Positions 13,356 to 23,400 of a stretch of 64,000 bases of DNA are shown in pieces (the first letter of the stretch is position 1; every line of letters starts with the position of its first letter). The stretch is from NCBI GenBank assembly GCA_010093815.1, contig ML996566.1; one strand, 5' to 3'. The notes under the pieces are model-generated. The model did not search any database, was not told where the DNA came from, and saw nothing but the letters and a program-made list of their open reading frames with translations. The DNA is from Pseudovirgaria hyperparasitica. Lineage: Eukaryota. A program made the translations under genes and the position numbers.

Positions 13356-14996
13356 ATGACCGCCCTGAAAGAGCGACTTGATCGCATCGTGCCTAGCATA
13401 GAGCGGATTTGCGATGTCTCAGGCATCGCCGGCTTATCGTTGGGTATTATCAGTCGCGGTCAAATTGTCACTACAATACATCACGGCTACAAAAACATCG
13501 ATAACAAAGCGAAGCCCGACGATGACACTGCGTATGGAATCGGATCGTTAACGAAAGGCTTCACCGCGGCGACGTTGGCAAGTCTCGTTGACGAAGGAGC
13601 TGTCACGTGGGACACGAGCATCAAGAGCATCATACCGGACTTTCGCACCACCAGTGCTGAAGTAACTGAGAGACTGACAGTCAAAGATGCGCTAGCCCAT
13701 AGAATGGGTCTCACGCGTTCCAACCAGTTGTGGCATGGAAAGGACAACCACATTCTCATCGAGAAGAGTCACGTCATCAAGCACTTCACCACCATGCGAA
13801 ACACCCAACCTTTCCGCTCGAAAATGCACTACAATAACTGGGGATATGCGCTTGCTGGGGCTGTAGTTGAGAAGTTGACCGAACAAGACTGGGGAACGGC
13901 GGTCACCGACAGAGTGCTTCGTCCATTTGGCCTAAGCAAGACATACACGCGTCCCCATGAAAGTGCAGACTTCGCTTCACCGTACGCGGCTTTGGACGAT
14001 AGGACTTGCGTTCCTCTTGAACCTTTCAAAGTGAAAGCTGGCACACTCATGGATTCATCACAAGGCTTATGGAGCACGGTGACCGACATGCTTCAGTGGT
14101 GTTCGAAACTGTTGAGAGCCAATGAGCAGCAGAACAACAAACAAGACGTGGACAACGAATCTATGATCCAGCTTACCGAGATCTTTTCACCGCAGATCAA
14201 GATATCCGACGATGAGAAGGGACCGTTTTACGGCTTAGGTTGGGCCTTGACGGACCTGCCCTCGCCCATGGGCGCTCTCGGCTGCAACCCGGGACTTATC
14301 TCACACATGCCTACGGTCGGCAAGAGCTCAAAGGAAAGGATCATATACTCGCAAGGAAGCCTTGCTGGCTACACAGCGAATCTGATACTAGTCCCTGGTC
14401 AAGATGTTGGAATCGCTGTCCTGACCAATTCTATTGCTCTGAATGACGGGGCCGATTGGGTCGCTCAAGCTGTACTGGAGGCTGTCCTGGACGAGCAGCA
14501 GCCTAATGACTTCGTACAGGCTGCTACAACAAGTGCTCAGAGCATGGTGGACAAGTTTCCACAGATGGAGAAACGTCTTCGAGAGTCCCAACATTCGGAC
14601 GCACCACCCAAACGGCTGACGGAATACACGGGGGTGTATCGCAATGACATCAAAGATTTCTGCATTGGCATCCGTGAAGACGGCAGCCACAACGCTTTAG
14701 CATTATACTTCCAAGACAAAGACTCGCAACGATGGCCACTAAAACACTACCAAGCGGACGAGTTTACATGGTTGATGTCGCATGACGAAGCAGTCAGGCA
14801 TGCAAGGTTCCCGTATCCGCCCGAGAAGATTTTCAAGTTCGGCTTCGAATCGTCAAACGGTCAGATTTCGGGCTTGTGGTGGACTCACGACCTTGACTCG
14901 GAGCCTGAGTTCTTCCAAAAGACATCGGGACCGAGGGACGCCGGCGTGGGGTCATCGTCGGTGGGATACGAACCTGCAAGTTTGACACCCCGCTGA
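13356..14996 (+). CDS. Serine beta-lactamase/transpeptidase-like (AmpC-family) hydrolase with C-terminal extension, intronless, 546 aa
   Basis: SxxK motif in YGIGSLTKGF, LAHRMG, YxN motif in MHYNNWGY, and motif III region YSQGSLAG. Confidence 0.9.
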   Translation: MTALKERLDRIVPSIERICDVSGIAGLSLGIISRGQIVTTIHHGYKNIDNKAKPDDDTAYGIGSLTKGFTAATLASLVDEGAVTWDTSIKSIIPDFRTTSAEVTERLTVKDALAHRMGLTRSNQLWHGKDNHILIEKSHVIKHFTTMRNTQPFRSKMHYNNWGYALAGAVVEKLTEQDWGTAVTDRVLRPFGLSKTYTRPHESADFASPYAALDDRTCVPLEPFKVKAGTLMDSSQGLWSTVTDMLQWCSKLLRANEQQNNKQDVDNESMIQLTEIFSPQIKISDDEKGPFYGLGWALTDLPSPMGALGCNPGLISHMPTVGKSSKERIIYSQGSLAGYTANLILVPGQDVGIAVLTNSIALNDGADWVAQAVLEAVLDEQQPNDFVQAATTSAQSMVDKFPQMEKRLRESQHSDAPPKRLTEYTGVYRNDIKDFCIGIREDGSHNALALYFQDKDSQRWPLKHYQADEFTWLMSHDEAVRHARFPYPPEKIFKFGFESSNGQISGLWWTHDLDSEPEFFQKTSGPRDAGVGSSSVGYEPASLTPR

Positions 14997-15467
14997 CTAT
15001 AGATAGCACAAATGAACACTCTCTAACAGCTACCCGTACACGTAGTCTTCTGTTGGCTCTGGTGGTGGCTGGCATCGCTCTCTACTACGCCTGTTTGCGC
15101 GGAAAGGGTCGAAGTTGGCGTGACATCAAACGACTTTGAGTACGAGGGCGTTCGACCAATCCTTTCCGTCGATCGTGCCCGCCTATCGTGCTGTGACGCG
15201 TGAGCGGTGTGTTGTTTGTGTGTCGCCAGTGGCTATGCGCACAGGAAAGGTGGCGCGATTAAGCATTTGACGAATTGGTTTTCATCGCCTGGCACGTAGC
15301 ACGTCGACATGTACTGGCGTACGTGTCATAGATATAATCATAAGCCTGAAAATCGATGTGCGCCCGATTGCAACATTCGTTCTTGCAGCCGCATTCATGA
15401 AAAAGCTGGAGATCTGAAGGCCACGTGTCCCGAACTAAACATGATCGTTCCTAAGGTCTGAAACATC

Positions 15468-16111
15468 TGTATGTATGTAAGTTCATTAGGCCATGCACCA
15501 CGTGGGTATGGGCCGTTACTATGTGCCAGCTATGTACATCCTACACCACGCGGTAGCTCCACTTCAGAAGCCAACTATGAGAGCCGATTATCCGACTAAA
15601 ACTCCTATGCTCAACGCAGGAAAAGAGAGAGAGAGAGTTAGGTTTAGCCTGCATGGTTAGCATTATGTGACCTTTATCCATAGGAGAGCTCCAATGTCGC
15701 GCGCTTCTTAAATAGCTACATGCTTATAAAGGCTATCTAGTTATAGGCTATTTAAGGTTTATTAGTCGTTTCTGCCTTAAGCACTCGAGCATAGTATACA
15801 ACTACTCGTCGCATCCTACCTACGACTATTAACACGACCAGCACCATTATGTCGATGCTCCTTTGCAATGTAGACTGATCGACAGTACGGCCATCGGACC
15901 CGTGGAGCCCGCTCGCGATGGCACGCGCCTGGTGCCTCTCTCCTCCTTGCTGGAACCGTGCCGCACCGCAACTAGATACTGTTACAAGAGTACTAAGTAA
16001 ACATTCCTCGTCGTTCCATCACTCCATTGTGTCTGTAATTATCCTTTACCTCCTCCAGTTTGTTATACTCATAATCTCCGTATGAATTGCTACTAGAGCC
16101 TTGATAGAACA
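15468..16111 (+). mobile_element. Probable solo LTR (644 bp) containing repeat copy B (15756-16020)
   Basis: Starts TGT, ends ACA, flanked by CATC on both sides (15464-15467 and 16112-16115). TpA-rich interior; partial homology to 12851-13105. Confidence 0.5.
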
Positions 16112-16305
16112 CATCTGAGCCTCAAGCTTGAAGTCATACCTTTGCAAACACCTACGGGCCGGAGGCAATGAACCCCTAATTAGTTGGAGAAAGCAGAGAG
16201 ACACAGGTGAGCACTGGAAAAGGATGCGTTGAATAGCATCCGATGGGTCTTCGAGCTAGGCATCAGTGCAGCCAACATCACGATGATATATAGCGGCTCT
16301 ACACC

Positions 16306-17781
16306 ATGCTGAGATTTGGCCCACGCGCATGTACTCGCTTCAAATTTTCCTCTCACATCTCCCAAATTTCGCGCTTCCAGAGTACGAAAATGAATGCCAG
16401 CGAGCTCTTCGAGGTGGAGCGCCTTCCGTGGTATAGCCATAATCAGTTTTATCCAGCACGACCTGGTGAGATTCTCGATTCTAGCTTCAGGGTTATGGAT
16501 AGGAAAACTCGGTTACGGTGCATACTCCACGGTCTGGCTGTGTCCGGATATGGATCCGGTATGTTTGGCGTTCTTCACCTCCACCCACCCACCCTTCAAA
16601 GTCTGACCTTCCATGGATGCACAGAGAACGAGACGCCGGCTTCGTCGCTGTCAAGATTTGTACCCGAGATGCCGAAAAGACCCCACAGCTCAATCGAGAG
16701 CTAGACTTTTACGAGCATGTCAGTTCGATGGAATCACAGCATCGCGGCCAAGTATACATCCGCGGACTGTACGGCGAATTTGAGCTCGACAGTCCGACTG
16801 GCAAACATTTGTGCTTTGTTCATCCACCCATGCACATGACTATTCGACAGCTCCAGTATTACTACCCAGCACACAAGCTCGACGTTCCGCTTCTGAAGTG
16901 CACGCTAGCCAATGTGCTACAGGAGCTGTCGTTCTTACACGACGAGGCCAAGGTCGTACATGCAAGTACGGCAAGACGATGCAACATGATTTGAATCAAA
17001 ACTGACAAGTTAGACATCGATCCTGGAAATATCATGCTGACTGTGCATGATGACACTATTCTGGGAAACTTCGAGAAAGCTGAAGCAGATGACCCGTCAC
17101 CAGCCAAAGTGATGGACGACACACGCACCATTTACCGTTCCCGTAAGCTTCCCCCCTCCTACGGGCGATCTCTGGGGCCAACCAGTTCTCTGTGACTTTG
17201 GCGAAGCGCGGATAGGAGATTCCCACTCTGGCTTGATTCAGCCTGAGCTATACCGTGCACCAGAGATAATCTTCGAGATGGAGTGGGGCTCCAAGGTGGA
17301 CGTCTGGAGTGTCGCCACGTTGGCAAGTATTCAAATACTATTATTATAAGGAAGTCGCAATGACTTACTCCTGATTAGGCATGGGACTTGTTTGAAGATA
17401 AGCATCTATTCGACGCCCGTGACAACGAGGGCAACCCATCAGAGACACACATCATGTTTCCGAAATGGTTGCATACCTTGGACTGCCTCCGCTCGAATAC
17501 ACGCAAAGCAACCATATGACATACAAGGTCTTCGACAAGCAAGGTCAGTCATTGAGATCGCCCCCGATATAGACTATGCTAAGTTTAACAGGACACTGGA
17601 CGGGTGGCTCCAGGAGTGTAGCTATTCCGAAGATCTCACTCGAGGAACGAGTCTCGGTGCTTGAAGGGGAGGAAAGGAAGTGTTTCTCGATTTTATACGT
17701 TCGATGCTCAGATGGCGGCCGGAAGACAGGAAGTCGGCGACTGAACTGCTGAAGCATCCGTGGATGGCCGGCACTATGTAG
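16306..17781 (+). pseudogene. Frameshifted SRPK-like (CMGC) Ser/Thr protein kinase
   Basis: Kinase motifs lie in different frames: FYPARPGE, GKLGYGAYSTVWL, FVAVK, LCDFGEAR, QPELYRAPE, DVWS, LRWRPEDRKSATELLKHPW. Frameshifts near 16497, 17155 and 17673. The spliced catalytic loop reads HANIDPGN, lacking the HxD Asp. Confidence 0.85.
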
Positions 17782-17918
17782 TTGCGACGACGATCAAGCG
17801 ACCATTGCACTGCAAAGTCATTCTCGCCGAGTTTTTGTATTAGTTACATGTTTAGGATCGATCTACAAGAACATATGTTTCATGTCATTATCGACGACCG
17901 TTTCATGTCATCTTCGTA

Positions 17919-18301
17919 CATTGACTAAGTTAGCCTCTTAGGGGGTGCGAAGAAGTTTTTTATACCTTCTTTAATATAGTTTTAATAGAAGAGGATAGAT
18001 AGATCGATATATGTTTAAGTATACTTCATCCGAGAGAATAAAGCCTCTTATATTATTTAATATCTCTTATAACTATTTCTGTAACACTTAATATACTTTT
18101 GATATAAGTACTATTCTAGTATATCTAGTATACTCATATATTGATATATGTTGTCATATAGCTGCTCTATAGAGCATTGGTATATGCCTACGATTATTCT
18201 TTTTTCCATTTCATTAGGAGCTGGAACAGTCTATCCGCTATCAAATCGAAGGTATAAATCAATAATAACAAGGATAGCGAGTATTTAGCGCTTAGTCGAT
18301 G
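17919..18301. mobile_element. AT/TpA-rich RIP-degraded transposon relic, possibly a MITE
   Basis: Abrupt AT-rich island rich in TA dinucleotides. Imperfect terminal inverted repeat CATTGACTAAGT / GCTTAGTCGATG (10/12; both mismatches are transitions). Confidence 0.45.
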
Positions 18302-18575
18302 CTAGGGTAGTGGTGTGGTACCTTGGGAAGTTGCGTGCACTGTTTGTGGATGTCAGCTGTGAATCATGCGACCCCGAGTTCGCTGGAGGCGCCGCGTTCC
18401 TGCGTACACACACAGATATGACGCAAGGAACAGCGCGCCGTAACCCTCAGTATGTCATCCTATACTTCTTCACCGGTCCTCAGGGAGTATATGTACGTGC
18501 ACTAACCCCCTGCTGCATCTTGCATCTTGCATCTGCTAGAAGCCTTCTTCGCCAAGCCACACCCCCTTTCCAACA

Positions 18576-20195
18576 ATGCAGCCTCTGAACCACTCTCCCC
18601 CTTTATCTTCCGTTCTACTTCCTCTTCTCCTCCTCGATACCCTCCCGCTGCTTTGCACCGCCTACCCAGACCTCTACAGCATATTCCAATCGCGCCTCTC
18701 CGAAGATTCCGAAATCTACCTCCCAACCGACCTGACTCCGCGCTGGACGACACATGGCGCGCCCAACTTTGCCATTGGCGTGCGACCGGCCACGGAAGAC
18801 GATGTAGTTGCTGCGCTACGTACTGCGGTCGAGAATGATATGCCGTTCCTCGCCACCGGCGGTGGCCATGGGTATACGAGCTCGTACGCAGACTTGCAAG
18901 GGGGTGTACAGATCGACATGAGTGGATTTGATAGCGTTGACGTGGATGAGCAGTCGGGAGAGGTTGTCGTGGGCGCGGGTGCGGTGTTTGCGGATTTATT
19001 TGGCCCGGTGGCGGATGCTGGGAGGGAAATCCGTTAGTTCTACCCTTCTCCATTCCGATTCTCCGTCCTGATACATCCGCGTTCCTCCCGGATAATCACC
19101 GACTGACCACACCCCAACCCAGAAACCGGCTCCTGCTCATGCGTAGGTGTCATCGGAGCCACCCTCGGCGGCGGCATCGGCCGCTACCAAGGCCTCCACG
19201 GCCTCATCGTCGACGCCCTCCTCTCCGCCCGCGTCCTCCTCGCAAACGGCACCATCGTCGAGGCCTCCCACACCTCCAACCCAGACCTCTTCTGGGCCCT
19301 CCGCGGCGCCGGCATGAACTTCGCCATCGTCCTCAGCGCAACCTACACCACCCACCCGCAAACCAACAACGGCACCGTCCTCAACGTCGACATCGCATAC
19401 CCACCCGCCGCCGCCCCCGAACTCTTCGCCTTCCTCGCCAGCTTCTCCCAACGCAACAACGCTTCCGCCACCGGCCTGCCCCCCGCCCTCAGCATCGTCC
19501 TCGCAGTCTCCTGGAACGACGACCTAGCCGGCATGAACATCGTCCTCAACGCCATCTTCGCCGGACCCGCAGACACCGGCCTCGCACACCTCGCCCCACT
19601 CCTCTCCTCGCCCACCCTGCAACCCCTACGAACAAACATCACCACCGCACTCCCCTGGCGCGCCATCTCCACAACCGCCTCCTTCGGCAGCGACGCCGCA
19701 GAATGCGCCCGCCCGGTCCACCGTAACATGTACGGCCTCAGCATCCAACGCATCGACATCCCCGCCTTCACCGCCTACTTCGACACGCTCAGCACCCTCA
19801 TGCACGACGAGCCCACCACCCGCCAAACACACTGGATCATCGAGGGCTTCCCTAATACCGCGGCCCGGGCCGTGCCGAGCAGCGAGACGGCGTATCCGCA
19901 CCGCGACGCGTTCGCGCATCTGTTGATGGCGTATGTGTATCCGCGGCCGGGCACGCCGGGGGCTGTGGAGGGGTTGGAGGAGAGGATTGATGGGCTGGCG
20001 CGGGAGGCGCGGGCGCAGTTGCAGGCGGGGGGTGCGCATGAGGGCGTGTATGTGAGTTATGGGCATGGGGATGAGGGGGTTGCGGCGTGGTATGGGGAGG
20101 GGAATTTGGGGCGGTTGAGGGAGTTGAAGCGGGTTTGGGATCCGGAGGGGTGGTTTGGGTGGAATAATGGGGTTTTGCGTGCGCATGATGGGTGA
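18576..20195 (+). CDS. FAD-binding oxidoreductase, berberine-bridge-enzyme/VAO family, probably secreted, 509 aa; exons 18576-19032, 19123-20195
   Basis: ATGGGHGY, TGSCSCVGVIGATLGGGIG, PDLFWALRGAG and C-terminal YVSY...RLRELKRVWDP. Hydrophobic N-terminus. Intron GTTAGT...CTGAC...CAG. Confidence 0.92.
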
Positions 20196-20456
20196 GTGTG
20201 GTGGTGGTGGGAGGGATGGATGGATGGATGGATGGTAGGATGGGGTTTGGTGGACTGGAGACGTAGGTTCTGGGTGGTCTGGCTGGCTGGTAGGAGTTGT
20301 TTGTGTGTAAACTGGATTGTGTTGATGCAAATACTCCACAGAATTCTACTGACCATACATCCGCCTCATCGATTTCTACTTTCAAGCATTCTCACAAAAA
20401 CCCGTTGCCTGTCGTTTCTCTAACACTGCTCCTCACGTCTCATAGTCGGTAATGAC

Positions 20457-23400
20457 TCAAGCAGACGCTGCTCTTGTTTTCGGGAGCTTGCTCATGTCAA
20501 ATTGCATGATTTTGAGCCCACCTTTTCTGGTGTAGAAAGCTAGCCACGACTCGTAGATTGCAATTGTGGATCGATTCAATTGAAGGTTTGGATGGATTCT
20601 CAGCACTCGTCTTCCCATATGCGTTATCCAATCCCCGGCTCTGTCATTCTGCTTCATTAACCCAAAGCGTGAGTGACAACTTACCTCTTTCTCACTCGCC
20701 GATACAGGTCTCAATTTAAGGCAATGATGTCCCGTCGCGCTCTCAATCTTATATACCCCGGTACCTGTCCTGACAAGGTCATTTGCCTGTAAGAAAGAAA
20801 AACGGGTTTGCGCTCTGAGGGAACCTCTATCGTCAACATCCCACTCTTGTTTAACCATTTGGTTCGACTGCAGCGACCATATGATCACCCGACTGTCATA
20901 GTGCAGTGCTAGAAACCGTCCATCGGGGGATATGGACATGTCCTCGATAGCAGAAGATCCACCTTCTATATCTATAACTCTGCGTGGCTCAAGAGTCGAG
21001 CTGAGTGCTGTATCAGCACTAGTGTGCCATAACATGATCTTGGGACTGGTCATGCCCTTTTCGACTAACAACATTGCTAGGAAATCCCCGCTTGGTGATA
21101 ACACTAAATCCATCAGCCTGGAGGCCTGCTGTCGAGTCTCCCACGACTGGTCGTCCTTCAAGGAATCCTGAACGCGTACCACAATTTCGTCACTGTCTGT
21201 GAATCCAATGGCAAACAGTGTCGAGTACTTAGAGCTAGCAAACATGAATGAACCTGGAAGATCATCAAAGCGTCTGAGAATCATACTTGCACCCAGATCG
21301 TAGACCGCGATCATGTTACCTCCGTCGATAAGGAGAATTCGGCCTTCAGCAATGAAGCGCATTCTGTAGATATGTTCTGGGAACGACTCATCGCTCTCTT
21401 GACTCGTCGTCATATCCCAAATTTTCACAATGCCGTTATGTGTTCCATATGCGACCATGTTGCCTTCGCTGGTGAATGTTGCGGCCATGTACACTTCACC
21501 TGTCATCGAGAACCTCAACACCCCTGTTGAAGTATCATATATACATATTCTGGATGGACGGTCCTCAATGATCATTAAGGCGGTACTATCGGCAGAGAAG
21601 AATGCTCTGCAGCAGGAAGAGGATTGAATCGGCGAGCGTACTTCTCCAGATCTCAAGTAGCGTACCGCTAATGTACCGCAGACCATACTTGCTGTTTTCT
21701 CGTGTTCCTCGTAATCAAGAATCAGTTCCGCGTCTTCCGATAACCACCATCTTTGGCTTCGTGGGCTTGTGTGCTGTCTCGTCGGCTCATGTAATAATCC
21801 TGTATTGATGTACCATAGTCGTATGCCAAAATCTGCCCCCCCGAGCAACACAAGCTCGTTCTGCTCCCGAAAGCGAAGTCGAAGGTGGTCTCTACGATCT
21901 TTACTGCCTTTTTCACTACTCAGAACTGATATGAACGTTGCGTCCAGTATTGCTTGGACAGTTCCTGTATCTGTATTCCACACCTTGATCGTACCACCAT
22001 AGCAGAAAGAGGCTAGCGATGACCCTGAAGGCGCACAAGCCTCTGTACATTCTGCCTCTATATTGTGTTGTTTCGGATCAAGTGTTCGCAAGTAGCGAAT
22101 GTTGGGTCCAGATACGTTCCATACATGGTATAATGTAAACATCTCGTGTCGGCGTGGTGGATCGTGTTTCTTCCATACGGACGACGCTGTGACCAGTTTG
22201 TGATCTCCAAAAAACAAAATTCGTTGATAATAACACTCTCTGTCATGAGGGTGTATCTGAGCCGACATGTCCTTGCTGAAGGTAAACAACGGCTCGCCAT
22301 TTGATGTATCCCATAGCACGATGGTACCATTATGTGTAGCTGAGATTAGTCTTCGACCATCGGATGAGAAAGCTATAGCTGTTATGCCAGCCTTATGTCT
22401 GATAAGTGTTTGTAGGTATGGGCTCCAATTGAAACCAAGGTGTGGTTTCGTAATAACCCATTCTGGTTCCTCTTGTTGGTAGAGCTTGCGTACTTTGCTT
22501 TCAGACGGACTTAATAAGAGTCCTGAGGAGTATATCTGTAGTGGAGCATTCTCTAAGCTCACTGCATGGTATCGAATAAATCTGAGAGCATCTTTTGCGA
22601 GGTTGACGAGCCCATCCTGTCCTTTGAACGTCTATACTAGGTCAGCACATAATCTTCGTAGTAAAGTGAAAGGACGAAAGACCTCAGCTGTGCGAACCAC
22701 GATCGCCATGCATCGGATCCCTTGCATTAGATTCTTCAGTAAAACGAGTGCTTCGATCCAAAACAGATAGATTGTCCTTAGGAATACATCCAAAGCACTT
22801 CCATTCGTAAAATGTGTAACAGAGGCAGGTTCTTTTTCCAATAATGCGGCAAGGTGGTCTGCCCAGTGGAGACATGAATATGCAATCGGACTAAGAGGGT
22901 TCTGAGCCGGAACTTCAATTTCCTCTAAAAGAAGACCCTCTCCGTCGATTCCATATAGGTTACGCTTGAGGACTTTCTTCATAACTTCAAGTGATTTCGA
23001 GTATATCTTGGCGTGCTCGCCCATCTCAGTGCCAGCTGCTCGACCAAGAATGTAATCCTTCGCCGTCTGATGTACGAAATACAGCGTCTCATTCTGTATC
23101 GAAAGGAACGAACCACATCTTCCAATGATATCGAGAAGAGCCACTCGGTCATTTGCGGCTTCGTCCAGGCCTTCAGCAAGCGTGCCCATCTCCAGAAGTG
23201 TGACTGGCCGCCGAACAAACGTCGCAACGGATAAGACAGACTTGCAAGCTTCAACATAAATAGAATCGCCTTGTTCAATGCACTCCATCATATAATCGTA
23301 AGTTTCTGTCAAGGTGGCTGGAACTTCCTTGATCTTCCGAATGGCACCCCAGGGGCCCATATTGACAAGACTCTGGCAGACCAAAGCCACCCAAAGGAAA

